From Euglena gracilis (lineage: Eukaryota): a stretch of DNA of 64,000 nt. A program made the translations under genes and the position numbers. Where the stretch lies: NCBI GenBank assembly GCA_039621445.1, contig CP154954.1, positions 41,347,572-41,411,571 of the forward strand, read 5' to 3'. Numbering within the stretch: the first letter of the stretch is position 1; each line of letters opens with the position of its first letter. Below the pieces are notes generated by a model. It worked only from the letters and a program-made list of their open reading frames with translations, was not told the DNA's origin and did not search any database. Positions 35,565 through 48,700 of this stretch are shown here, one piece after another.

Positions 35565-36779
35565 CCAGGGTGTGACGTAGAGCTGAGCTCTTTGGGAGAC
35601 CACCCCAGCCCGGCCCGGCGGCCCGGCCCCCAGCGGCCCGGCGGCCCGGCCCGGCCGGCGGCCCGGCTGGCGGGTCGAAAAACGCTCATTTTCGGCTCAA
35701 AAACAGGTTTTACGGGTCCTGGAGGCCAAAAAACATTGTTCTGGGCAAAAAATTTTTTTTCGATTTTTTCGACTTTTTTGGCCCGGTTTTGACCCAAAGT
35801 CAATGTTGGTGGCCCAAAACGGGGCGGTGGAGGGTCGAAAAACGCTCATTTTTGGGTCGAAAACACTTTTTTCGGGTCCGGGAGGTCACAAAGCATGGTT
35901 TTGGGCAAAAAATTTTTTTTCGATTTTTTTCGACTTTTTGACCCAAAAATGGCCAAGTCCGGCCAGGGGGGGGGGCGGGTCGGAAAATTTTTTTTCGCCC
36001 AAAAACACTTTTTTTGATGTTCTGAAGTGAAAAAAAGTGTTTTTGAGCGAAAAAAATTTTTCAAAATTTTGGGTCCCCACCTGCCACCCGACCCTCCTCG
36101 CCCAGGACCCCAGCAGGAGTCCCCGAATACCCAAAACTGGCCCAAAATCGCACAACCAGACCCCGGGAACCCCATAAAACGGTCAACACCCCCCCCTAAA
36201 CCTAATGATTGACCCCCTGGTTTGGGTCCCAACTCCCCGTCTAGCCCGACATATGGCCAATTTACGGTTTCGGGCCCCGAATGGGCCCGAAATGGCCAAA
36301 ACTGGCCAAACTGGCCCAAAACCCCAAAACGGGCGTATCTCGGGCAAGGAGTTGGCCCAAACCGCGCATACCGATCGATCGGGCGTCCCAAAGTTGTGGA
36401 ATGACGTCCTCTTTACTTTTTTTCAACTCCGCAGCGTTTTCGAGGTATTTTGAAATTTTCGATTTTTTGACCCCAAAATCACCCTGCAATTTTCCCGGAA
36501 AAAAAACGGTAGACAACTTTTTTGCTCGGGCCATATCTCCGGACTGGCGGGGAGTTGCGGGTAACCGAAAGGCTCTGGAGAAACTAGGGATCCTCCCCTA
36601 ACCTATAGGCTATTCACTTTGAGGGCCCGGAAATCCACACATCGATAATCCTCGGGTGCCCGGACCTACCCAGGGGGGCGGGGGGGCGGGGGGGGGGGCG
36701 GGGGGGCGGGGGGGTCCGACCCCCCCGTCGCCGGGGTGGTAAGCTTCGCTCTTACTCTAAAGAGATAAGAGCTCAGCGA
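35565..36779 (-). mobile_element. Non-autonomous Helitron2-like element, copy 2 (~2 satellite units; diverged subfamily)
   Basis: On the minus strand it begins TCGCTGAGCTCTT and ends AAGAGCTCAGC-TCTACGTCACACC-CTGG. Confidence 0.65.
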
Positions 36780-39700
36780 CCAGGTTTTGAATAGTGCTGA
36801 GCTCTTAATAAGCGCGCACCCACCCCTTCATTGACCCCTCCATACATACTGGCACACCACATGGAGCTCTGTTGACTGAAATTCATGTGTTTGTGCCAGA
36901 AACATGGCGCTGGCGGGTCGAAAAACGCTCGTTTTCGGCTCAAAACCAGTTTTTCCGGGTCCGGGAGGCCCAAAAACATCGTTTCGGGCAAAAAAAATTT
37001 TTTTGATTTTTTTCGACTTTTTTGACCCGGTTTTGACCCAAAGTCAATGGGTCGGCGGCCCAAAACGGGGCGCTGGCGGGTCGAAAAACGCTCGTTTTCG
37101 GCTCAAAAACAGTTTTTCTGGGTCCGGGAGGCCCAAAAACATCGTTTCGGGCAAAAAATTTTTTTTTGATTTTTTTCGACTTTTTTGACCCGGTTTTGAC
37201 CCAAAGTCAATGGGTCGGCGGCCCAAAACGGGGCGCTGGCAGGTCGAAAAACGCTCGTTTTCGGCTCAAAAACAGTTTTTCTGGGTCCGGGAGGCCAAAA
37301 ACATCGTTTCGGGCAAAAAAAATTTTTGCGATTTTTTTTGGACTTTTTTGACCCGGTTTTGACCCAAAGTCAATGGGTCGGCGGCCCAAAACGGGGCGCT
37401 GGCGGGTCGAAAAACGCTCGTTTTCGGCTCAAAAACAGTTTTTCCGGGTCCGGGAGGCCAAAAAACATCGTTTCGGGCAAAAAAAATTTTTTTCGATTTT
37501 TTTCGACTTTTTGACCCGGTTTTGACCCAAAGTCAATGGGGCGGCGGCCCAAAACGGGGCGCTGGCGGGTCGAAAAACGCTCGTTTTCGGCTCAAAAACA
37601 GTTTTTCCGGGTCCGGGAGGCCAAAAAAACATCGTTTCGGGCAAAAAATTTTTTTTCGATTTTTTTCGACTTTTTTGACCCGGTTTTGACCCAAAGTCAA
37701 TGGGTCGGCGGCCCAAAACGGGGCGCTGGCGGGTCGAAAAACGCTCGTTTTCGGCTCAAAAACTGTTTTTCCGGGTCCGGGAGGCCAAAAAACATCGTTT
37801 CGGGCAAAAAAATTTTTCGATTTTTTTCGACTTTTTTGACCCGGTTTTGACCCAAAGTCAATGGGTCGGCGGCCCAAAACGGGGCGCTGGCGGGTCGAAA
37901 AACGCTCGTTTTCGGCTCAAAAACAGTTTTTCCGGGTCCGGGAGGCCAAAAAACATCGTTTCGGGCAAAAAAAATTTTTTTTTGATTTTTTTTGACTTTT
38001 TTGACCCGGTTTTGACCCCAAGTCAATTGGTTTGCGGGCCAAACCTGGGCGCTGGCGGGTGGAAAAAAAAATCGCTCGTTTTCGGCTCAAAAACAGTTTT
38101 TCCGGGTCCGGGAGGCCAAAAAACATCGTTTCGGGCAAAAAAAATTTTTTCGATTTTTTTCGACTTTTTTGACCCGGTTTTGACCCAAAGTCAATGGGTC
38201 GGCGGCCCAAAACGGGGCGCTGGCGGGTCGAAAAACGCTCGTTTTCGGCTCAAAAACAGTTTTTCCGGGTCCGGGAGGCCAAAAAACATCGTTTCGAGCA
38301 AAAAAAAATTTTTCGATTTTTTTCGACTTTTTTGACCCGGTTTTGACCCAAAGTCAATGGGTCGGCGGCCCAAAACGGGGCGCTGGCGGGTCGAAAAACG
38401 CTCGTTTTCGGCTCAAAAACAGTTTTTCTGGGTCCGGGAGGCCAAAAAACATCGTTTCGGGCAAAAAAAAATTTTTCGATTTTTTTCGACTTTTTTGACC
38501 CGGTTTTGACCCAAAGTCAATGGGTCGGCGGCCCAAAACGGGGCGCTGGCGGGTCGAAAAACGCTCGTTTTCGGCTCAAAAACAGGTTTTCCGGGTCCGG
38601 GAGGCCAAAAAGCATCGTTTCGGGCAAAAAAAAATTTTTTTTTGCTTTTTTTCGACTTTTTTGACCCGGTTTTGACCCGAAGTCAATGGGTTGGCGGCCC
38701 AAAACGGGGCGCTGGTGGGTCGAAAAACGCTCGATTTCGGCGAAAAACAAGTTTTTCCGGGTCCAGGAGACCTAAAAACATCGTTTCGGGCAAAAAAAAA
38801 TTTTTTCGATTTTTTTCGACTTTTTTGACCCGGTTTTGACCCAAAGTCAATGGGTCGGCGGCCCAAAACGGGGCGCTGGCGGGTCGAAAAACGCTCGTTT
38901 TCGGCTCAAAAACAGTTTTTCCGGGTCCGGGAGGCCAAAAAACATCGTTTCGGGCAAAAAATTTTTTTTGATTTTTTTCGACTTTTTTACCCGGTTTTTA
39001 CCCAAAGTCAATGGGTCGGCGGCCCAAAACGGGGCGGTGGCGGGGCGAAAATCGCTGTTTTTCTGCTCAAAAAAAGGTTTTTCGGGGTCGGGGAGCCAAA
39101 AAGCAACCTTTCGGGGAAAAAAAATTTTTTTTTGATTTTTTTCGACTTTTTTGACCCGGTTTTGACCCGAAGTCAATGGGTCGGCGGCCCAAAACGGGGC
39201 GGCTGGCGGGTCGACGCTCGTTTTCGGCTAAAAAACAGTTTTTCCGGGTCCGGGAGGCCAAAAAACATCGTTTCGGGAAAAAAAAATTTTTTTTGTTTTT
39301 TTCGACTTTTTTGACCCGGTTTTGACCCAAAGTCAATGGGTCGGCGGCCCAAAACGGGGCGCTGGCGGGTCGAAAAACGCTCGTTTTCGGCTCAAAAACA
39401 GTTTTTCCGGGTCCGGGAGGCCAAAAAACATCGTTTCGGGCAAAAAAAAAATTTTTTTTTGATTTTTTTCGACTTTTTTGACCCGGTTTTGACCCAAAGT
39501 CAATGGGTCGGCGGCCCAAAACGGGGCGCTGGCGGGTCGAAAAACGCTCGTTTTCGGCTCAAAAACAGTTTTTCCGGGTCCGGGAGGCCAAAAAACATCG
39601 TTTCGGGCAAAAAAATTTTTTTGATTTTTTTCGACTTTTTTGACCCGGTTTTGACCCAAAGTCAATGGGTCGGCGGCCCAAAACGGGGCGCTGGCGGGTC

Positions 39701-42700
39701 GAAAAACGCTCGTTTTCGGCTCAAAAACAGTTTTTCCGGGTCCGGGAGGCCAAAAAACATCGTTTCGGGCAAAAAAATTTTTTTGATTTTTTTCGACTTT
39801 TTTGACCCGGTTTTGACCCAAAGTCAATGGGTCGGCGGCCCAAAACGGGGCGCTGGCGGGTCGAAAAACGCTCGTTTTCGGCTCAAAAACAGTTTTTCCG
39901 GGTCCGGGAGGCCCAAAAACATCGTTTCGGGCAAAAAAATTTTTTTGATTTTTTTCGACTTTTTTGACCCGGTTTTGACCCAAAGTCAATGGGTCGGCGG
40001 CCCAAAACGGGGCGCTGGCGGGTCGAAAAACGCTCGTTTTCGGCTCAAAAACAGTTTTTCCGGGTCCGGGAGGCCAAAAAACATCGTTTCGGGCAAAAAA
40101 ATTTTTTTTGATTTTTTTCGACTTTTTTGACCCGGTTTTGACCCAAAGTCAATGGGTCGGCGGCCCAAAACGGGGCGCTGGCGGGTCGAAAAAAAGCTCG
40201 TTTTCGGCTCAAAAACAGTTTTTCCGGGTCCGGGAGGCCAAAAAACATCGTTTCGGGCAAAAAAAATTTTTTTTGATTTTTTTCGACTTTTTTGACCCGG
40301 TTTTGACCCAAAGTCAATGGGTCGGCGGCCCAAAACGGGGCGCTGGCGGGTCGAAAAACGCTCGTTTTCGGCTCAAAAACAGTTTTCCTGGGTCCGGGAG
40401 GCCAAAAAACATCGTTTCGGGCAAAAAAAATTTTTTTTGATTTTTTTCGACTTTTTTGACCCGGTTTTGACCCAAAGTCAATGGGTCGGCGGCCCAAAAC
40501 GGGGCGCTGGCGGGTCGAAAAACGCTCGTTTTCGGCTCAAAAACAGTTTTTCCGGGTCCGGGAGGCCCAAAAAACATCGTTTCGGGCAAAAAAATTTTTT
40601 TGATTTTTTTCGACTTTTTTGACCCGGTTTTGACCCAAAGTCAATGGGTCGGCGGCCCAAAACGGGGCGCTGGCGGGTCGAAAAACGCTCGTTTTCGGCT
40701 CAAAAACAGTTTTTCCGGGTCCGGGAGGCCAAAAAACATCGTTTCGGGCAAAAAAAAATTTTTTCGATTTTTTTCGACTTTTTTGACCCGGTTTTGACCC
40801 AAAGTCAATGGGTCGGCGGCCCAAAACGGGGCGCTGGCGGGTCGAAAAACGCTCGTTTTCGGCTCAAAAACAGTTTTTCCGGGTCCGGGAGGCCAAAAAA
40901 CATCGTTTGGGGCAAAAAAAATTTTTTTGATTTTTTTCGACTTTTTTGACCCGGTTTTGACCCAAAGTCAATGGGTCGGCGGCCCAAAACGGGGCGCTGG
41001 CGGGTCGAAAAACGCTCGTTTTCGGCTCAAAAACAGTTTTTCCGGGTCCGGGAGGCCAAAAAACATCGTTTCGGGCAAAAAAAATTTTTTTGATTTTTTT
41101 CGACTTTTTTGACCCGGTTTTGACCCAAAGTCAATGGGTCGGCGGCCCAAAACGGGGCGCTGGCGGGTCGAAAAACGCTCGTTTTCGGCTCAAAAACAGT
41201 TTTTCCGGGTCCGGGAGGCCAAAAAACATCGTTTCGGGCAAAAAAATTTTTTTGATTTTTTTCGACTTTTTTGACCCGGTTTTGACCCAAAGTCAATGGG
41301 TCGGCGGCCCAAAACGGGGCGCTGGCGGGTCGAAAAACGCTCGTTTTCGGCTCAAAAACAGTTTTTCCGGGTCCGGGAGGCCAAAAACATCGTTTCGGGC
41401 AAAAAAAATTTTTTCGATTTTTTTCGACTTTTTTGACGCGGTTTTGACCCAAAGTCAATGGGTCGGCGGGCCAAAACGGGGCCGCGGCGGGTCGAAAAAC
41501 GCTCGTTTTCGGCTCAAAAACAGTTTTTCCGGGTCCGGGAGGCCCAAAAACATCGTTTCGGGCAAAAAATTTTTTGATTTTTTTCGACTTTTTTGACCCG
41601 GTTTTGACCCAAAGTCAATGGGTCGGCGGCCCAAACGGGGCGCAGGTGGGGTCGAAAAACGCTCGTTTTCGGCTCAAAAAACAGTTTTTCCGGGTCCGTG
41701 AGGCCAAAAAACATCGTTTCGGGCAAAGAAAATTTTTTTTGATTTTTTTCGACTTTTTGACCCGGTTTTGACCCAAAGTCAATGGGTCGGCGGCCCAAAA
41801 CGGGGCGCTGGCGGGTCGAAAAACGCTCGTTTTCGGCTACAAAACAATTTTTCGGGTCCGGGAGGCCAAAAAACATCGTTTCGGGCAAAAAATTTTTTGA
41901 TTTTTTTCGACTTTTTTGACCCGGTTTTGACCCAAAGTCAATGGGTCGGCGGCCCAAAACGGGGCGCTGGCGGGTCGAAAAACGCTCGTTTTCGGCTCAA
42001 AAACAGTTTTTCCGGGTCCGGGAGGCCAAAAAAACATCGTTTCGGGCAAAAAAATTTTTTCGATTTTTTTCGACTTTTTCGACCCGGTTTTGACCCAAAG
42101 TCAATGGGTCGGCGGCCCAAAACGGGGCGCTGGCGGGTCGAAAAACGCTCGTTTTCGGCTCAAAAACAGTTTTTCCGGGTCCGGGAGGCCAAAAAACATC
42201 GTTTCGGGCAAAAAAATTTTTTTGATTTTTTTCGACTTTTTGACCCGGTTTTGACCCAAAGTCAATGGGTCGGCGGCCCAAAACGGGGCGCTGGCGGGTC
42301 GAAAAACGCTCGTTTTCGGCTCAAAAACAGTTTTTCCGGGTCCGGGAGGCCAAAAAACATCGTTTCGGGCAAAAAAATTTTTTTGATTTTTTTCGACTTT
42401 TTTGACCCGGTTTTGACCCAAAGTCAATGGGTCGGCGGCCCAAAACGGGGCGCTGGCGGGTCGAAAAACGCTCGTTTTCGGCTCAAAAACAGTTTTTCCG
42501 GGTCCGGGAGGCCAAAAAACATCGTTTCGGGCAAAATTTTTTTTGATTTTTTTCGACTTTTTTGACCCGGTTTTGACCCAAAGTCAATGGGTCGGCGGCC
42601 CAAAACGGGGCGCTGGCGGGTCGAAAAACGCTCGTTTTCGGCTCAAAAACAGTTTTTCCGGGTCCGGGAGGCCAAAAAACATCGTTTCGGGCAAAAAATT

Positions 42701-45700
42701 TTTTCGATTTTTTTCGACTTTTTTGACCCGGTTTTGACCCAAAGTCAATGGGTCGGCGGCCCAAAACGGGGCGCTGGCGGGTCGAAAAACGCTCGTTTTC
42801 GGCTCAAAAACAGTTTTTCCGGGTCCGGGAGGCCAAAAAACATCGTTTCGGGCAAAAAAAAATTTTTTTTTTTGCTTTTTTTCGACTTTTTCGACGCGTT
42901 TTTGACCCAAAATCAATGGGTCGGCGGCCCAAAACGGGGCGCTGGCGGGTCGAAAAACGCTCGTTTTCGGCTCAAAAACAGTTTTTCCGGGTCCGGGAGG
43001 CCAAAAAACATCGTTTCGGGCAAAAAAAAATTTTTTGATTTTTTTCGACTTTTTTGACCCGGTTTTGACCCAAAGTCAATGGGTCGGCGGCCCAAAACGG
43101 GGCGCTGGCGGGTCGAAAAACGCTCGTTTTCGGCTCAAAAACAGTTTTTCCGGGTCCGGGAGGCCAAAAAACATCGTTTCGGGCAAAAAAATTTTTTTTG
43201 ATTTTTTTCGACTTTTTTGACCCGGTTTTGACCCAAAGTCAATGGGTCGGCGGCCCAAAACGGGGCGCTGGCGGGTCGAAAAACGCTCGTTTTCGGCTCA
43301 AAAACAGTTTTTCCGGGTCCGGGAGGCCAAAAAACATCGTTTCGGGCAAAAAATTTTTTTGATTTTTTTCGACTTTTTTGACCCGGTTTTGACCCAAAGT
43401 CAATGGGTCGGCGGCCCAAAACGGGGCGCTGGCGGGTCGAAAAACGCTCGTTTTCGGCTCAAAAACAGTTTTTCCGGGTCCGGGAGGCCAAAAAAACATC
43501 GTTTCGGGCAAAAAAAATTTTTTTTTTTTTTTTCGACTTTTTTGACCCGGTTTTGACCCAAAGTCAATGGGTCGGCGGCCCAAAACGGGGCGCTGGCGGG
43601 TCGAAAAACGCTCGTTTTCGGCTCAAAAACAGTTTTTCCGGGTCCGGGAGGCCAAAAAACATCGTTTCGGGCAAAAAAAAATTTTTTTCGATTTTTTTCG
43701 ACTTTTTTGACCCGGTTTTGACCCAAAGTCAATGGGTCGGCGGCCCAAAACGGGGCGCTGGGCGGGTCGAAAAACGCTCGTTTTCGGCTCAAAAACAGTT
43801 TTTCCGGGTCCGGGAGGCCAAAAAACATCGTTTCGGGCAAAAAAATTTTTTTTCGATTTTTTTCGACTTTTTTGACCCGGTTTTGACCCAAAGTCAATGG
43901 GTCGGCGGCCCAAAACGGGGCGCTGGCGGGTCGAAAAACGCTCGTTTTCGGCTCAAAAACAGTTTTTCCGGGTCCGGGAGGCCAAAAAACATCGTTTCGG
44001 GCAAAAAAAATTTTTTTTTGATTTTTTTCGACTTTTTTGACCCGGTTTTGACCCAAAGTCAATGGGTCGGCGGCCCAAAACGGGGCGCTGGCGGGTCGAA
44101 AAACGCTCGTTTTCGGCTCAAAAACAGTTTTTCCGGGTCCGGGAGGCCAAAAAACATCGTTTCGGGCAACAAAAAACAAACAAAAAACAATGTTTTTTCG
44201 ATTTTTTTCGACTTTTTTGACCCGGTTTTGACCCAAAGTCAATGGGTCGGCGGCCCAAAACGGGGCGCTGGCGGGTCGAAAAACGCTCGTTTTCGGCTCA
44301 AAAACAGTTTTTCCGGGTCCGGGAGGCCAAAAAAACATCGTTTCGGGCAAAAAATTTTTTTTGATTTTTTTCGACTTTTTTGACCCGGTTTTGACCCAAA
44401 GTCAATGGGTCGGCGGCCCAAAACGGGGCGCTGGCGGGTCGAAAAACGCTCGTTTTCGGCTCAAAAACAGTTTTTCCGGGTCCGGGAGGCCAAAAAACAT
44501 CGTTTCGGGCAAAAAAAAATTTTTTCGATTTTTTTCGACTTTTTTGACCCGGTTTTGACCCAAAGTCAATGGGTCGGCGGCCCAAAACGGGGCGCTGGCG
44601 GGTCGAAAAACGCTCGTTTTCGGCTCAAAAACAGTTTTTCCGGGTCCGGGAGGCCAAAAAACATCGTTTCGGGCAAAAAATTTTTTTCGATTTTTTTCGA
44701 CTTTTTTGACCCGGTTTTGACCCAAAGTCAATGGGTCGGCGGCCCAAAACGGGGCGCTGGCGGGTCGAAAAACGCTCGTTTTCGGCTCAAAAACAGTTTT
44801 TCCGGGGTCCGGGAGGCCAAAAAAACATCGTTTCGGAAAAAAAATTTTTTTTCGATTTTTTTTCGACTTTTTTGACCCGGTTTTGACCCAAAGTCAATGG
44901 GTCGGCGGCCCAAAACGGGGCGCTGGCGGGTCGAAAAACGCTCGTTTTCGGCTCAAAAACAGTTTTTCCGGGTCCGGGAGGCCAAAAACATCGTTTCGGG
45001 CAAAAAATTTTTTTTTGATTTTTTTCGACTTTTTTGACCCGGTTTTGACCCAAAGTCAATGGGTCGGCGGCCCAAAACGGGGCGCTGGCGGGTCGAAAAA
45101 CGCTCGTTTTCGGCTCAAAAACAGTTTTTCCGGGTCCGGGAGGCCAAAAAACATCGTTTCGGGCAAAAAATTTTTTTTGATTTTTTTCGACTTTTTTGAC
45201 CCGGTTTTGACCCAAAGTCAATGGGTCGGCGGCCCAAAACGGGGCGCTGGCGGGTCGAAAAACGCTCGTTTTCGGCTCAAAAACAGTTTTTCCGGGTCCG
45301 GGAGGCCAAAAAACATCGTTTCGGGCAAAAAAAATTTTTGATTTTTTTCGACTTTTTTGACCCGGTTTTGACCCAAAGTCAATGGGTCGGCGGCCCAAAA
45401 CGGGGCGCTGGCGGGTCGAAAAACGCTCGTTTTCGGCTCAAAAACAGTTTTTCCGGGTCCGGGAGGCCAAAAAACATCGTTTCGGGCAAAAAAATTTTTT
45501 TTGATTTTTTTCGACTTTTTTGACCCGGTTTTGACCCAAAGTCAATGGGTCGGCGGCCCAAAACGGGGCGCTGGCGGGTCGAAAAACGCTCGTTTTCGGC
45601 TCAAAAACAGTTTTTCCGGGTCCGGGAGGCCAAAAAACATCGTTTCGGGCAAAAATTTTTTTTGATTTTTTTCGACTTTTTTGACCCGGTTTTGACCCAA

Positions 45701-48700
45701 AGTCAATGGGTCGGCGGCCCAAAACGGGGCGCTGGCGGGTCGAAAAACGCTCGTTTTCGGCTCAAAAACAGTTTTTCCGGGTCCGGGAGGCCCAAAAACA
45801 TCGTTTCGGGCAAAAAATTTTTTTGATTTTTTTCGACTTTTTTGACCCGGTTTTGACCCAAAGTCAATGGGTCGGCGGCCCAAAACGGGGCGCTGGCGGG
45901 TCGAAAAACGCTCGTTTTCGGCTCAAAAACAGTTTTTCCGGGTCCGGGAGGCCCAAAAAACATCGTTTCGGGCAAAAAAAAATTTGATTTTTTTCGACTT
46001 TTTTGACCCGGTTTTGACCCAAAGTCAATGGGTCGGCGGCCCAAAACGGGGCGCTGGCGGGTCGAAAAACGCTCGTTTTCGGCTCAAAAACAGGTTTCCG
46101 GGTCCGGGAGGCCAAAAAAACATCGTTTCGGGCAAAAAATTTTTTTTGATTTTTTTCGACTTTTTTGACCCGGTTTTGACCCAAAGTCAATGGGTCGGCG
46201 GCCCAAAACGGGGCGCTGGCGGGTCGAAAAACGCTCGTTTTCGGCTCAAAAACAGTTTTTCCGGGTCCGGGAGGCCCAAAAAACATCGTTTCGGGCAAAA
46301 ATTTTTTTTTGATTTTTTTCGACTTTTTTGACCCGGTTTTGACCCAAAGTCAATGGGTCGGCGGCCCAAAACGGGGCGCTGGCGGGTCGAAAAACGCTCG
46401 TTTTCGGCTCAAAAACAGTTTTTCCGGGTCCGGGAGGCCAAAAAACATCGTTTCGGGCAAAAAAAATTTTTGATTTTTTTCGACTTTTTTGACCCGGTTT
46501 TGACCCAAAGTCAATGGGTCGGCGGCCCAAAACGGGGCGCTGGCGGGTCGAAAAACGCTCGTTTTTGGCTCAAAAACAAGTTTTCCGGGTCCGGGAGGCC
46601 AAAAAACATCGTTTCGGGCAAAAAATATTTGATTTTTTTCGACTTTTTTGACCCGGTTTTGACCCAAAGTCAATGGGTCGGCGGCCCAAAACGGGGCGCT
46701 GGCGGGTCGAAAAACGCTCGTTTTCGGCTCAAAAACAGTTTTTCCGGGTCCGGGAGGCCAAAAAACATCGTTTCGGGCAAAAAATTTTTTTGATTTTTTT
46801 CGACTTTTTGACCCGGTTTTGACCCAAAGTCAATGGGTCGGCGGCCCAAAACGGGGCGCTGGCGGGTCGAAAAACGCTCGTTTTCGGCTCAAAAACAGTT
46901 TTTCCGGGTCCGGGAGGCCAAAAACATCGTTTCGGGCAAAAAAATTTTTTTTGATTTTTTTCGACTTTTTGACCCGGTTTTGACCCAAAGTCAATGGGTC
47001 GGCGGCCCAAAACGGGGCGCTGGCGGGTCGAAAAACGCTCGTTTTCGGCTCAAAAACAGTTTTTCCGGGTCCGGGAGGCCAAAAAACATCGTTTCCGATT
47101 TTTTTTTTTTTTTTTAGACTTTTTTGACCCGGTTTTGACCCAAAGTCAATGGGTCGGCGGCCCAAAACGGGGCGCTGGCGGGTCGAAAAACGCTCGTTTT
47201 CGGCTCAAAAACAGTTTTTCCGGGTCCGGGAGGCCAAAAAACATCGTTTCGGGCAAAAAAAATTTTTTGATTTTTTTCGACTTTTTTGACCCGGTTTTGA
47301 CCCAAAGTCAATGGGTCGGCGGCCCAAAACGGGGCGCTGGCGGGTCGAAAAACGCTCGTTTTCGGCTCAAAAACAGTTTTTCCGGGTCCGGGAGGCCCAA
47401 AAACATCGTTTCGGGCAAAAATTTTTTTGATTTTTTTCGACTTTTTGACCCGGTTTTGACCCAAAGTCAATGGGTCGGCGGCCCAAAACGGGGCGCTGGC
47501 GGGTCGAAAAACGCTCGTTTTCGGCTCAAAAACAGGTTTTCCGGGTCCGGGAGGCCAAAAACATCGTTTCGGGCAAAAAAAATTTTTTTGATTTTTTTCG
47601 ACTTTTTTGACCCGGTTTTGACCCAAAGTCAATGGGTCGGCGGCCCAAAACGGGGCGCTGGCGGGTCGAAAAACGCTCGTTTTCGGCTCAAAAACAGTTT
47701 TTCCGGGTCCGGGAGGCCAAAAAACATCGTTTCGGGCAAAAAAAAATTTTTTTTGATTTTTTTCAACTTTTTTGACTCGATTTTAACCACAAGTCAATGG
47801 GTCGGCGGCCCAAAACGGGGCGCTGGCGGGTCGAAAAACACTCATTTTCGGCTCAAAAAACAGTTTTTCCGGGTCCGGGAGGCCAAAAAAACATCGTTTC
47901 GGGCAAAAAAAATTTTTTTTGATTTTTTTCGACTTTTTTGACCCGGTTTTGACCCAAAGTCAATGGGTCGGCGGCCCAAAACGGGGCGCTGGCGGGTCGA
48001 AAAACGCTCGTTTTCGGCTCAAAAACAGTTTTTCCGGGTCCGGGAGGCCAAAAACCATCGTTTCGGGCAAAAAAAATTTGATTTTTTTCGACTTTTTTGA
48101 CCCGGTTTTGACCCAAAGTCAATGGGTCGGCGGCCCAAAACGGGGCGCTGGCGGGTCGAAAAACGCTCGTTTTCGGCTCAAAAACAGTTTTTCCGGGTCC
48201 GGGAGGCCAAAAAACATCGTTTCGGGCAAAAAAAAATTTTTTTGATTTTTTTCGACTTTTTTGACCCGGTTTTGACCCAAAGTCAATGGGTCGGCGGCCC
48301 AAAACGGGGCGCCGGCGGGTCGAAAAACGCTCGTTTTCGGCTCAAAAAACCGGTTTTTCCGGGTCCGGGAGGCCAAAAAACATCGTTTCGGGCAAAAAAA
48401 ATTTGATTTTTTTCGACTTTTTTGACCCGGTTTTGACCCAAAGTCAATGGGTCGGCGGCCCAAAACGGGGCGCTGGCGGGTCGAAAAACGCTCGTTTTCG
48501 GCTCAAAAACAGTTTTTCCGGGTCCGGGAGGCCCAAAAACATCGTTTCGGGCAAAAAAAATTTTGATTTTTTCGACGACCCAACCCAAAAGTCAATGGCC
48601 CCAAACTTGGCGGGTCGAAAAACGCTCGTTTTCGGCTCAAAAAAAGTTGTTATGGGGCCGGGAGGCGCAAAAACATCACAAAAAAAAATTTTTTGATCTT